A stretch of DNA of 32,000 nt from Corynebacterium amycolatum. Lineage in GTDB: Bacteria; Actinomycetota; Actinomycetes; Mycobacteriales; Mycobacteriaceae. Of this stretch, positions 16,510 to 25,798 are shown piece by piece; the first letter of the stretch is position 1, and every line of letters starts with the position of its first letter. The stretch lies in the NCBI RefSeq assembly GCF_049243625.1, contig NZ_CP046975.1. One strand, written 5' to 3'. Made by a program: the position numbers and the translations under genes. The notes under the pieces were generated by a model. That model saw only the letters and a list, made by a program, of their open reading frames with translations. It made no database searches and was not told the origin of the DNA.

Positions 16510-18474
16510 ATGCGCCAGACCTATGAATCCTCGTTAGCACCGGATGGGAGTGCAATCGCCTTTATTGTCCGCGATAGCGGCTACCCGCGTGCGGTACAGC
16601 AGGAGATTACTCCGGAGGGGCTAGGGGAGGAGCGCCCCGTGAAACTGCCGGTGGAAGGCCCGGTTACCAGAGTGCTGCACTCCCCGGATGGAAAGTGGAT
16701 TGCCTGCGAGGTCTCTCCGTACGGTACGGAGCGACTGCAGACCTGGCTGGTATCCACCGATCCGGAGGTCGATGGTGCCCGCCCCCTGCGCATGGATGCG
16801 GATATGCGCGCCACACTGGTGGAATGGGATAACAATCTCCTGGCGATGAACGCGGTCGATGCCCAGGGCATTAACTATGCACGTTTGGTCAACCCGACAA
16901 ACTCAAAGTATGAGGTCATTGATAGACGCACCGACAGCCAGCTGGTAGCGGCTGAAAGTGGGTTTGGCCTCGTGCGGGTGGGTCCGCGAGGCCACCGGGA
17001 GCTACTACTAGTCGGGCCGGGGCAGCAGTGGCAGCCGCTGTTGCCATCCGATCCTGGCTCCACCACGGATGCCGGTGTCTTATTGGCGCATACGGGGCAG
17101 GAGAAGCTGACCGCATTCGTGCTCTCAGATCATGGCGCGGAACAGCGTCGCATCCTGCGCCTGGGTATTACTCCCGATAGTGGTATCAGCACCACGGAGC
17201 CGCGTACAGCGGAATCGACCGCAGCGGAGATTTTGGATATGAAGATCGGCATCGAAGTCGATGTCGAGGAGTTCATTGGCAATCCGGATCAAGACGTCGA
17301 AGAATTCGTCATTAGTGAGGATTCCTCCACTGCGGCTGTGCTGTGGAATAGCGGTGGGGTCAGCACGCTCGAGGTGCTAACCCTTGGCTTTCACCCGCAG
17401 ACTGACGACATGCGGGTGATGGTGCGCCGCAACGTGGAATTGCCGGGCATGGTTGCGCGCGAGCTGTCAATCTCCGGAGACGGTGAGCTGATCTCCCTGA
17501 CAGTAGAAGGGCCAGGCCTTGCGCCAACGGTGGAGATTCTGCGCAATATCGGTGGTGTCATTGAGCCATTGGATATGGAACGCACCGAACGGATTTTGGC
17601 TCTGGAAGAGAAGAATCTGGAGACCATGCCGGCCCCAGAACTGGTCTACTTTGTTTCCCGCGATGGGCTGGAACTCTCTGGCTGGCTCTACCTTCCAGAG
17701 TCGGTGCGCAATAGTTCTAATGACGTTTCCGAAAACGCACTACCGCCGGCTTTCATCCATATCCACGGCGGCCCAGAACTGCAGGCGAAACCCATTCACC
17801 ACGATGTTCTAGCCAGCATTGTGGAGGCGGGCTTCGTGGTGTTCACACCTAATGTGCGCGGTTCCTCGGGGTCCGGTAGGTCATTCGAGCACGCGGGCGA
17901 CCGCTATGGACGCTTTGCCGCTATTGCGGATATCGCAGCGGCGCGTGCCTTCCTCGTTGATGCCGGGTTGGCGGACCCAGAACGCATTGCCCTGGGTGGG
18001 CGATCCTACGGTGGCTTCATGTCGCTGTTGGCCTCGGCGTGGTACCCGGATCAGTTTGCTGCCATCGTCGATGCCTGCGGAATGACAAGTTTTGAAACCT
18101 ACTACCAATCCACAGAACCCTGGTTGGCGCAGGCCGCGTTCCCTCGATACGGCTACCCGTACCAGGATGCTGAGCTTCTGCGCGATATCTCGCCACTGCA
18201 CCGTGCGGAGGAAATGAAGGCTCCAACCCTATTCATCCACGGCGAGTGGGATACCAACGTGCCTCCGCGAGAGTCCGGTCAGATGCGCAACGCCATGGAT
18301 GCCTATGGTGTGCCCACTGATTTTCTGGTGGTTGAGGGAGAGGGCCATAAGTTCTCGAAGCCGAGGAGCCGAGCGCTCATCGGTGAGACCATCATCGCGT
18401 TTTTCGCCGAGTACGGCGTGTGTGATGCGGTGCCCAGCGCGTCAACGGCAGTAGAAACTAACAACGATCAGTAA
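16510..18474 (+). CDS. S9 family (prolyl oligopeptidase / acylaminoacyl-peptidase-like) serine peptidase
   Basis: An N-terminal beta-propeller-like region precedes a C-terminal alpha/beta hydrolase domain. The nucleophile motif is GGRSYGGFMS, the Asp lies in HGEWDTNVP and the His in EGEGHKF. The start is 18 nt after the dnaE2 stop. Confidence 0.85.
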   Translation: MRQTYESSLAPDGSAIAFIVRDSGYPRAVQQEITPEGLGEERPVKLPVEGPVTRVLHSPDGKWIACEVSPYGTERLQTWLVSTDPEVDGARPLRMDADMRATLVEWDNNLLAMNAVDAQGINYARLVNPTNSKYEVIDRRTDSQLVAAESGFGLVRVGPRGHRELLLVGPGQQWQPLLPSDPGSTTDAGVLLAHTGQEKLTAFVLSDHGAEQRRILRLGITPDSGISTTEPRTAESTAAEILDMKIGIEVDVEEFIGNPDQDVEEFVISEDSSTAAVLWNSGGVSTLEVLTLGFHPQTDDMRVMVRRNVELPGMVARELSISGDGELISLTVEGPGLAPTVEILRNIGGVIEPLDMERTERILALEEKNLETMPAPELVYFVSRDGLELSGWLYLPESVRNSSNDVSENALPPAFIHIHGGPELQAKPIHHDVLASIVEAGFVVFTPNVRGSSGSGRSFEHAGDRYGRFAAIADIAAARAFLVDAGLADPERIALGGRSYGGFMSLLASAWYPDQFAAIVDACGMTSFETYYQSTEPWLAQAAFPRYGYPYQDAELLRDISPLHRAEEMKAPTLFIHGEWDTNVPPRESGQMRNAMDAYGVPTDFLVVEGEGHKFSKPRSRALIGETIIAFFAEYGVCDAVPSASTAVETNNDQ

Positions 18475-18505
18475 TAGAAGCAGCGGAAAAGAACTGACAG
18501 AAGAA

Positions 18506-19045
18506 ATGAATAGCGCCACGACCGAGCCGACGAACGCCGAGCCAACCAACTCCACAGACTGGATTAAGAGCCACACCTGCCACGTGCTTTTTGACCGGCC
18601 TGTCATCCCGCCGAACACCGGAAACGCTATCCGCATGTGTGCGGGATCTGGAGCTATGTTGCATCTGGCCAAGCCACTGGGGTTCAACTTCGATGACAAG
18701 AATCTGCGTCGCGCCGGGCTGGATTACCATGACCTGGCCGATGTGCGTATTCACGATTCCATCGATCAAGCGTTGGAGACCTTTGCCAGCCAAGGGTGCC
18801 GCATCTTTGCCTTTACCGCACACGCTGACACTTGGCACACAGACATTGAGTACACGAACACCGATGTACTGCTCTTTGGCCCGGAGCCAACCGGGTTGGA
18901 ACAGTCAGTGCTCGATGATTCGCGAATTACGCAATTGATCCGAATTCCCATGTTGCCCGCTCGTCGCAGCATGAATCTTTCCAACGCCGCTGCAGTGGCT
19001 GCTTATGAAGTCTGGCGTCAACAGGGCTTTATGGGCGGTAAATAG
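18506..19045 (+). CDS. trmL: tRNA (cytidine/uridine-2'-O-)-methyltransferase TrmL (SpoU/TrmH family)
   Basis: [50 protein letters not shown] matches the TrmL/YibK core. The C-terminal knot motif is [14 protein letters not shown]. The N-terminal extension of about 25 aa makes the start uncertain. Confidence 0.8.
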   Translation: MNSATTEPTNAEPTNSTDWIKSHTCHVLFDRPVIPPNTGNAIRMCAGSGAMLHLAKPLGFNFDDKNLRRAGLDYHDLADVRIHDSIDQALETFASQGCRIFAFTAHADTWHTDIEYTNTDVLLFGPEPTGLEQSVLDDSRITQLIRIPMLPARRSMNLSNAAAVAAYEVWRQQGFMGGK

Positions 19046-19113
19046 GGTCAAAGGCGAGGGCGGTTACAGGGCGTTTCTGGGCATTATTCGCTCCTGTGCC
19101 TAAGATAAATGCC

Positions 19114-19971
19114 ATGGCAGCGACAAAGCTTGATGGCAAACTCTACCGAGACGAAATCTTTGAAGACCTGGAAAAGCGCGTTGAGCGTTTGAAGGAAGCC
19201 GGCTACACCCCGGGGTTGGCCACCGTGTTGGTTGGTGATGATCCAGGCAGCCACTCTTACGTCAAGATGAAGCATCGCGACTGTGAGCAGATTGGTATCG
19301 CCTCTATCCGCCGTGATCTCTCAGCTGACACCACGCAGGAAGAACTCGAGGCAGTAATCACCGAGCTGAACGAAAGCCCGGAGTGCACAGGCTACATTGT
19401 TCAGTTGCCACTGCCGAAGCACCTGGATGAAAACCGTATTCTGGGCCTCATCGATCCGGAGAAGGACGCCGATGGGCTCCACCCGGTAAACCTGGGCAAG
19501 CTGGTTCTCAACGAGCCAGCGCCACTGCCGTGTACCCCAAACGGCTGTATCCACCTGCTGCGACGCTTCGGCGTCGAGCTCAATGGAGCCAAGGTTGTTG
19601 TTATCGGCCGCGGTGTCACCGTCGGTCGCCCAATCGGGCTGATGCTCACTCGCCGCAGCGAGAACTCCACCGTGACGCTGTGCCACACCGGCACCAAGGA
19701 TTTGGCCGCTGAAACCCGTCAGGCTGACGTCATCATCGCAGCCGCTGGTGTCGCTCATATGCTTACGGCAGACATGGTCAAGCCTGGCGCTGCTGTACTC
19801 GACGTGGGAGTTTCGCGTGTCGACGGCAAGCTGGCCGGTGACGTTGCTGATGACGTCTGGGACATTGCCGGTTACGTATCCCCGAACCCAGGTGGTGTCG
19901 GCCCACTGACTCGCGCTTTCCTCGTACGCAATGTCGTCGAGCGCGCTGAAAAGCTCGCTGGCCTGGCCTAG
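19114..19971 (+). CDS. folD: Bifunctional methylenetetrahydrofolate dehydrogenase / methenyl-THF cyclohydrolase
   Basis: [23 protein letters not shown]...[14 protein letters not shown]...GYIVQLPLP...TPNGC...[12 protein letters not shown]...PGGVGPLT shows strong FolD similarity. ATG 19114 matches the homolog N-terminus; the alternative is GTG 19096. Confidence 0.9.
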   Translation: MAATKLDGKLYRDEIFEDLEKRVERLKEAGYTPGLATVLVGDDPGSHSYVKMKHRDCEQIGIASIRRDLSADTTQEELEAVITELNESPECTGYIVQLPLPKHLDENRILGLIDPEKDADGLHPVNLGKLVLNEPAPLPCTPNGCIHLLRRFGVELNGAKVVVIGRGVTVGRPIGLMLTRRSENSTVTLCHTGTKDLAAETRQADVIIAAAGVAHMLTADMVKPGAAVLDVGVSRVDGKLAGDVADDVWDIAGYVSPNPGGVGPLTRAFLVRNVVERAEKLAGLA

Positions 19972-19991
19972 TCAGCCGGGAGGAAGAAGTC

Positions 19992-20360
19992 ATGTCGAAA
20001 AGGGAAATTGCGCAGCGTGCCCGGCGGGAAGATCTGCCGGATCCAATGCTGAACCCGCATAGCCCGAAGACCCCGCCGCCGGGGGCATCGTGGCCAATGT
20101 GGGTGCAGTATACGATTTACGGCGCGCTCTTTTTCGGCATGTCCGCCTTCGTCGTGTTCCTGGGGCTGGAGCGTTGGCGACGCGCCACATTCATGCTGGG
20201 AAGCACAATGGTGCTGCTCGGTGTGGCTAGGCAGTACCTGCCGGACAGTATTTTAGGTGTGTTCTCTGTACGATCCCGGACCTTTGACCTATGGTTTTGC
20301 TCCATAATCGGGATGGGGATCGTATTCCTCGCAGTCAGCGTGGATGCGCTGGGAAGCTAG
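19992..20360 (+). CDS. DUF3017-type small membrane protein
   Basis: 122 aa with SD GGGAGGAAG. There are three hydrophobic helices. Its conserved position immediately after folD is typical of actinobacteria. Confidence 0.7.
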   Translation: MSKREIAQRARREDLPDPMLNPHSPKTPPPGASWPMWVQYTIYGALFFGMSAFVVFLGLERWRRATFMLGSTMVLLGVARQYLPDSILGVFSVRSRTFDLWFCSIIGMGIVFLAVSVDALGS

Positions 20361-21493
20361 CTGACATCGCGAGAGAGGAAATTACGCACAATCGAATCCA
20401 CTCGCTCGAACTCCGTCAAGAATCCGTCGTGACCCACGGCGGATTCAATCTTTTCTAGCCCCATGCAGTTGCCCAGATTGCGGGCGAGGTGCTCCTGCTG
20501 GTGGAAGGGGTAGAGAATATCCGTGTCCACACCGGCAATCATGGTCGGAACGGTTGACGAGTGCAGCGCCTCGTTGAGGCCACCGCGATCACGGCCAATA
20601 TTGTGCCGATTCAAGGTATCGGTGAGCACGACATACGACCCGGCATCGAAACGCTGAGCCAGCTTCTTCGCCTGATGATCCAAGTAGCTTTCTACCTGGA
20701 ATCGGTCTTCCGTGCGCATCGCGCCCAGCGGATTCTCACCGGGCTGCGCTGCCGCACCAAAGCGGTCATCCATCTCCAGCTCGCCACGGTACGTCAAATG
20801 CGCGACCCTGCGTGCAAACCCCAGACCTCGGGTCGGGGTCACACCGCGGTCGTAGTAGTCGCCGCCATGCCAATCGGGATCGGACTCAATGAATTGAATC
20901 TGCGCAGACTGAATACCAATCTGCCAAGCAGACGCACGTGCGCCGACACACATCACCAATGCCTTGCCGACGAAATCCGGGTGCATCAGTGACCACTCAA
21001 GCGCGCGGGCCCCACCCAAGGAGCCACCAATGACAGCTTGGAGGCGGGAAATTCCCAGTTCTTGCAGCGCAAGGTGCTCCACTGTCACCGTGTCGCGCAC
21101 GGAGATGGCGGGGAAGCGAGAGCCCCAGGGCTTGCCGTCGTCCGGATGTGGACTGGAGGGGCCAGTTGTACCGCGACAGCCGCCGATGACGTTGGTGCAG
21201 ATGATGCAGTACTCGTCGGTATCCAGTGCGCGGGCAGAGCCAATCATCCCGTTCCACCAACCCGCAGTCGGGTGGTACTCATCCGAGGGACCGGAAGCGT
21301 GGGCGTCGCCGGTTAGAGCGTGCTCGAGGAGGATGACATTCGAGCAGTCGTCGTTAAGCCGGCCCCAGCGTTCGAACTCGACGGTGACGTCGGGGATGAC
21401 CGCGCCGGCCTCGGTGGTGACATCGCCGATAAAGACACGCCCCGGCTCGCCCTCGGGTGGGAGGGCGGCCGGGGTAGATGGGGAAAAGCTCAT
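20357..21493 (-). CDS. metX: Homoserine O-acetyltransferase
   Basis: 378 aa, near-collinear with C. glutamicum MetX (IGDVTTEAGAVI, CTNVIGGCRGTTGPSS, GGSLGGARALEW, RFDAGSYVVLTDTLNRHNIGRDRGG, VGHDGFLTE). Confidence 0.95.
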   Translation of the reverse strand: MSFSPSTPAALPPEGEPGRVFIGDVTTEAGAVIPDVTVEFERWGRLNDDCSNVILLEHALTGDAHASGPSDEYHPTAGWWNGMIGSARALDTDEYCIICTNVIGGCRGTTGPSSPHPDDGKPWGSRFPAISVRDTVTVEHLALQELGISRLQAVIGGSLGGARALEWSLMHPDFVGKALVMCVGARASAWQIGIQSAQIQFIESDPDWHGGDYYDRGVTPTRGLGFARRVAHLTYRGELEMDDRFGAAAQPGENPLGAMRTEDRFQVESYLDHQAKKLAQRFDAGSYVVLTDTLNRHNIGRDRGGLNEALHSSTVPTMIAGVDTDILYPFHQQEHLARNLGNCMGLEKIESAVGHDGFLTEFERVDSIVRNFLSRDVS

Positions 21494-21499
21494 GCCTTA

Positions 21500-21515
21500 T
21501 AGACTACTTAGTCCG
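21500..21515. promoter_or_regulatory. Weak McbR-like half-conserved site in the metY-metX gap
   Basis: TAGAC-TACTTA-GTCcg matches 8/10. It lies only 7 nt upstream of the metX start codon, inside the 45-bp metY-metX spacer. Confidence 0.25.
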
Positions 21516-21538
21516 TCATATGTCTGTGTACAAACGGT

Positions 21539-22861
21539 CTACGCGAGTGCTGCGAAGCCGCCCTCGAGGTCAGCGATGATGTCATCGATGTTCTCGATAC
21601 CGACGGAGAGACGCACGGTGGCCTGGGAAATGCCGGCGCGAGTCAGACCCTCCTCATCGGACTGGGAGTGAGTGGTGGTGGCCGGGTGGACAACCAATGA
21701 GCGGACATCACCGATGTTGGCGACGTTGGAGTGCAGCTTCAGAGCGTCAATGAACTTCCAAGCCTTGGCGGTGTCGGCATCCTTCAAGTCGAAGGAGAGC
21801 ACGCCGCTGGCGCCGGAGAGACCCAGCTTGGTCAGGGTTTCGTGCCACGGGGAGCTCGGCAGGCCAGCGTAGTTGACCTTGGCGACCAGCGGGTGGTTCT
21901 CGAGGAACTCAGCGACAGCCTTGGCGTTTTCATTGTGGCGCTCGATGCGCAGAGACAAGGTGTCGAGGCCCTGAGCCAGAACCCACGCGTTGAACGGAGC
22001 CGGAGTAGCACCAGTGTCGCGGAGAATGCCAGCGCGGGCGCGCAGTGCGAAGGCTGGGGCGCCCAGGTCGGCGAACTTCAGGCCGTGGTAAGCCTCGTCG
22101 GCCTCGGTGAAGTTCGGGAAGATAGAGCGGCCGTTGCGGGTCTGAGTCCAGTCGAACTTGCCACCATCGACGATGACACCGCCGAGGGAGGAACCGTTAC
22201 CGGTCAGGAACTTGGTGGTGGAAGAAACCACGATGTCAGCACCGTGCTCGAGCGGGCGCAGCAGGGCAGGGGTCGGAACCGTGTTGTCGACAATCAGCGG
22301 AACGTTGTTGCGGTGTGCAACCTCTGCGATAACCGGGATGTCCAGGATGTCGATCTGCGGGTTGGCGATGGATTCACCGTAGAAACCGACGGTGTTGTCC
22401 TGAACTGCTGCCTGCCAGGACTCCGGGTCATCCGGGTTCTCGACGAAAGTGCAGTCGATGCCAAGGCGCGGCAGGGTGACCTTGAACAGGGTCTCAGTAC
22501 CACCGTAGAGGCGCGGCGAAACGACGAAGTGGTCGCCCGCACGAGCCAGAGTGAGAACAGCAGCGGTCTCAGCTGCCTGGCCGGAGGCGAACAGTACGGC
22601 TGCGACGCCACCCTCAAGGCTGGCGATGCGCTGCTCGACGGCATCCACAGTCGGGTTGGTCAGGCGGGAGTAAATCGGGCCTGCATCCGAGAGGTTGAAG
22701 CGGTTGGCAGCGTGCTCAGCGGAATCGAAGACGTAGGAGGAGGTGTTGTAAATCGGCAGGTTACGCGCGGAGGTCTGTGCGTCCGGAGCGAAGCCGGCGT
22801 GAATAGCGCGAGTGGACAGGCCCCAGTTGGCGGCGTTGCTGTTGTCGTACTTGGTGGTCAT
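21539..22861 (-). CDS. metY: O-acetylhomoserine sulfhydrylase (aminocarboxypropyltransferase)
   Basis: [23 protein letters not shown]... is collinear with C. glutamicum MetY (MPKYDNSNADQWGFETRSIHAG...). The PLP-lysine region is [14 protein letters not shown] 22861 has SD GGAAG about 9 nt upstream. The ORF extension to 22915 is rejected. Confidence 0.95.
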   Translation of the reverse strand: MTTKYDNSNAANWGLSTRAIHAGFAPDAQTSARNLPIYNTSSYVFDSAEHAANRFNLSDAGPIYSRLTNPTVDAVEQRIASLEGGVAAVLFASGQAAETAAVLTLARAGDHFVVSPRLYGGTETLFKVTLPRLGIDCTFVENPDDPESWQAAVQDNTVGFYGESIANPQIDILDIPVIAEVAHRNNVPLIVDNTVPTPALLRPLEHGADIVVSSTTKFLTGNGSSLGGVIVDGGKFDWTQTRNGRSIFPNFTEADEAYHGLKFADLGAPAFALRARAGILRDTGATPAPFNAWVLAQGLDTLSLRIERHNENAKAVAEFLENHPLVAKVNYAGLPSSPWHETLTKLGLSGASGVLSFDLKDADTAKAWKFIDALKLHSNVANIGDVRSLVVHPATTTHSQSDEEGLTRAGISQATVRLSVGIENIDDIIADLEGGFAALA

Positions 22862-22918
22862 TTCAGATACTTCCTTGCGGTTTTTGAGGTTGTTCAAAAC
22901 GTTGCTTACAAACAATAG

Positions 22919-22934
22919 TGAACCAAGCTGTCTA
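22919..22934. promoter_or_regulatory. McbR-type operator candidate upstream of metY
   Basis: TgaAC-CAAGCT-GTCTA matches 8/10, with a perfect right half. It lies 58 nt upstream of the metY ATG. Its spacer and flank ACCAAGCTGTCT are identical to those of the metQ site. Confidence 0.5.
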
Positions 22935-23180
22935 TTGCAAAGTTTTGGAAAAACCCAAGGTAAGAGGGTGTGTGCATCTGTGTCGAGAGTGCGATAGCCC
23001 GCTTAGTACGGATTGGTTTGATTAGTCGTGGGGTGTGATTAGTTGGGGGGGCTGGGCATTGGGCGCTGCGGTGTCGAGTGTCGGGTTGAGCCAAGCTGGG
23101 GGCTGGATATGGGCGAAAAGTACCGGAGACCGCCGAAGGGCGCTCGAAGTTGTCAAGGCCGTTATGGAGGTCAGGGCACA

Positions 23181-23230
23181 GAAAAAGCCCCACGCATCAT
23201 GTGCATCAAATGCAACATGAGCGAGGGGCT
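23181..23230 (-). terminator. Rho-independent terminator of icd
   Basis: The - strand reads AGCCCCTCGC-(25 nt containing TGCAT-TTG-ATGCA)-GCGTGGGGCT, with 9/10 bp paired, followed by TTTTTCTG. It starts 80 nt downstream of the icd stop. Confidence 0.7.
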
Positions 23231-23310
23231 ATCGCCTGAAATCGGCGGGCAGTCTAGGTCAGCCTCGGCCAACCAGACCAGCCAGACCACCCAGGGGCAA
23301 GCAGTTAGTC

Positions 23311-25533
23311 CTACTTCTTCAAACCGTCGATAATCTCGTTGAACTCAGCGGACGGACGCATAACTGCGGAGGTCTTCTCATCGTCCAGCAGGAAGTAGCC
23401 ACCCAGATCAGCTGGGGAACCCTGAGCATCAATCAGGGTCTTGGTGATGGACTCTTCCTTCTCCGTGAGGGCCTTAGCAACCGGTGCGAAAGCTTCCTTC
23501 AGCTCGGAGTTCTCGTCCTGCTTGGCCAGCTCCTGTGCCCAGTAGAGAGCCAGGTAGAAGTGGGAGCCGCGGTTGTCGATCTCGCCAGCCTTGCGGGAGG
23601 GCGACTTGCCCTCGTCGAGCAGGGTAGCGGTTGCCTTGTCCAGGGCCTCGGCCAGGACGCGCGGACGTGAGTCGTCGTCATCCTCAGCGGCATAGCGCAG
23701 GGACTCGGCCAGTGCCAGGAACTCACCCAGGGAATCCCAGCGCAGGTGGTTTTCTTCCTGAACCTGCTGGACGTGCTTCGGGGCGGAACCGCCTGCACCG
23801 GTCTCGAACAGACCGCCGCCGGCCATCAGCGGCACGACCGACAGCATCTTAGCGGAGGTGCCCAGCTCCATAATTGGGAACAGGTCGGTGAGGTAGTCAC
23901 GCAGAACGTTACCGGTTACGGAAATGGTGTTCTCGCCGCGGCGGATGCGCTCGAGGGAGAACTTGGTGGCGGACACCGGATCCATGATGCGGATATCCAG
24001 ACCCTCGGTGTCGTGATCTGCCAGGTACTCGTTGACCTTGCTGATCAGGTTGTTGTCGTGCGCACGCTGCGGGTCCAGCCAGAACACTGCAGGGTCACCA
24101 GTGATACGAGCGCGGTTAACGGCTAGCTTCACCCAGTCGCGGATTGGGGCGTCCTTGGTCTGGCAGGAGCGCCAGATGTCACCCTCGGCGACGTGGTGCT
24201 CAATCAGAACCTCGCCAGCGGAGTTGATGACCTGCAGGACACCGTCAACCGGAACCTGGAAAGTCTTGTCGTGGGAGCCGTACTCCTCAGCCTTCTGAGC
24301 CATCAGGCCGACGTTCGGGACAGATCCCATGGTTGCCGGGTCGAAAGCGCCATTGGCGCGGCAATCATCGATGACCGCTTGGTAGACGCCGGCGTAGGAA
24401 GAGTCCGGGATAACAGCGAGAGTGTCGCTCTCTTCGCCGCTCGGGCCCCAGCCCTTGCCGCCGTTGCGGATTAGTGCAGGCATGGAGGCGTCAACGATGA
24501 CGTCGGACGGAACGTGGAGGTTGGTGATGCCCTTGTCGGAGTTCACCATGTAGAGGGCCGGGCCCTCCTTCAGGTCCTTTTCAATCGCGGACTTGACGGC
24601 TGCAGCGGTTGCGTCGTCAAGCTTGTGCAGGCCGTCGAGGATAGCGGCGAGGCCATAGTCCGGAGTCAGGTTGGCAGCGGCCAGCTTGGACTCGAACTTC
24701 GGGAAAACAGATGGCAGGAAGGCCTTGAGGACCTCGCCGAAAATCAGCGGGTCGGAGACCTTCATCATGGTGGCCTTCAGGTGGACGGAGAACAGGATGT
24801 TCTCGCGCTTTGCGCGACGGATCTGAGCGCGGAGGAAGTTGTCCAGGATGTGGACGTTCATGCCCGTGCCGTCAATAATCTCGCCCTTGAGGACCGGCAT
24901 GTCCTTCTTCAGGGTGATGATATGGCCGTCGTTGGACTCGAGCTGGTAAGTCAGCTTGTCGTCTTCCGGCATGACAATGGACTTCTCATTGTGGCGGAAG
25001 TCGTTGGAGGCCATGGTGGCGACGTTGGTCTTGGAGTCTGCGGACCAAGCACCCATGCGGTGCGGGTGCTTGCGGGCGTAGTTCTTCACCGGCTCCGGAG
25101 CGCGGCGGTCGGAGTTACCCTCGCGCAGTACCGGGTTAACGGCAGAGCCCTTGACCTTGTCGAACTTTGCGCGGTCGGCGGTCTCCTCGTCGCCTTCCGG
25201 CTGCGACTTGTACTTCGGAATGTCGTAGCCCTTTTCCTGCAGCTCTGCGACAGCGCGCTTAATCTGCGGGACGGATGCAGAGATATTCGGCAGCTTGATG
25301 ATGTTGGCGTCCGGCTCCTTGACCAGCTTGCCCAGGGCTGCCAGCGCATCTTCTACCTTCTGCTCGTCCGAAAGGCGCTCCGGGAACTGAGCCAGAATGC
25401 GGCCTGCGAGGGAGATGTCGCGGGTTTCAACATTGACACCAGCCTGGCTTGCAAATGCCTCCACGATTGGCTTCAGCGAGTAGCTCGCCAGCAGAGGGGC
25501 TTCGTCAGTACGGGTCCAAATAATTGTCGCCAT
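23311..25533 (-). CDS. icd: Isocitrate dehydrogenase, NADP-dependent, monomeric type
   Basis: 740 aa. The N-terminus [24 protein letters not shown] and the overall length match the monomeric ~80-kDa IDH of Corynebacterium and Azotobacter. Confidence 0.95.
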   Translation of the reverse strand: MATIIWTRTDEAPLLASYSLKPIVEAFASQAGVNVETRDISLAGRILAQFPERLSDEQKVEDALAALGKLVKEPDANIIKLPNISASVPQIKRAVAELQEKGYDIPKYKSQPEGDEETADRAKFDKVKGSAVNPVLREGNSDRRAPEPVKNYARKHPHRMGAWSADSKTNVATMASNDFRHNEKSIVMPEDDKLTYQLESNDGHIITLKKDMPVLKGEIIDGTGMNVHILDNFLRAQIRRAKRENILFSVHLKATMMKVSDPLIFGEVLKAFLPSVFPKFESKLAAANLTPDYGLAAILDGLHKLDDATAAAVKSAIEKDLKEGPALYMVNSDKGITNLHVPSDVIVDASMPALIRNGGKGWGPSGEESDTLAVIPDSSYAGVYQAVIDDCRANGAFDPATMGSVPNVGLMAQKAEEYGSHDKTFQVPVDGVLQVINSAGEVLIEHHVAEGDIWRSCQTKDAPIRDWVKLAVNRARITGDPAVFWLDPQRAHDNNLISKVNEYLADHDTEGLDIRIMDPVSATKFSLERIRRGENTISVTGNVLRDYLTDLFPIMELGTSAKMLSVVPLMAGGGLFETGAGGSAPKHVQQVQEENHLRWDSLGEFLALAESLRYAAEDDDDSRPRVLAEALDKATATLLDEGKSPSRKAGEIDNRGSHFYLALYWAQELAKQDENSELKEAFAPVAKALTEKEESITKTLIDAQGSPADLGGYFLLDDEKTSAVMRPSAEFNEIIDGLKK

Positions 25534-25640
25534 AATTCATGTCTCCTATCTGTTTTGTTCCACGATAACCCAGTTTTGAATCTTGGGTTGTGTCGGGGCA
25601 TAGCGCAAAAACAGTGATAGTGATATGAATAACGCAATTA

Positions 25641-25656
25641 TGTGAGGTAAGTCACG
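25641..25656. promoter_or_regulatory. GlxR/CRP-family binding site candidate upstream of icd
   Basis: TGTGAGGTAAGTCACg compared with the C. glutamicum GlxR consensus TGTGANNTANNTCACA. It matches 11 of the 12 specified positions, including the central TA. It lies 108-123 nt upstream of the icd ATG in an AT-rich promoter region. Confidence 0.5.
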
Positions 25657-25743
25657 AAATGCGTTTTTATTTGTCGCTTATTCACCGCTTTTCATTCCAT
25701 TTTTCGCTTTACGACGGTCCCCGCGCTCAGGCCCCTCAAATAC

Positions 25744-25781
25744 GAAAAACCGCGCTGGGGTGTCGTGCACGCCGGCGCGGT
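25744..25781 (-). terminator. Rho-independent terminator of the J-like membrane protein gene
   Basis: The - strand reads ACCGCGCCGG-(13 nt)-CCAGCGCGGT, with 9/10 bp paired, followed by TTTTTCG. It starts 18 nt downstream of the stop at 25799. Confidence 0.7.
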
Positions 25782-25798
25782 GGTTCAGGACAGCTTAG

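Noticed and set aside
13251-22862. SAM riboswitch (SAM-IV or similar) in the metY or metQ leaders (22862-22990 and 13005-13251)
   Set aside because: The leaders are short, and I could not find the conserved SAM-IV core helices or pseudoknot sequences. Protein-operator (McbR-type) sites fit better.
21731-22918. 395-aa ORF on the + strand, antisense to metY
   Set aside because: It is a shadow ORF opposite a strongly conserved MetY. Its composition is low-complexity and Val/Gly/Arg-rich.
22906-23333. Small ORFs (61-96 aa, both strands) and a possible 6C-type C-rich sRNA in the metY-icd spacer
   Set aside because: The ORFs overlap the icd terminator and the icd 3' end and have odd composition. 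The C-rich runs on the - strand are flanked by direct repeats, not inverted ones, so the two C-loop hairpins of 6C RNA cannot be drawn.
24514-25617. 367-aa ORF on the + strand, antisense to icd
   Set aside because: It is a shadow ORF opposite the monomeric IDH gene, with no motifs.
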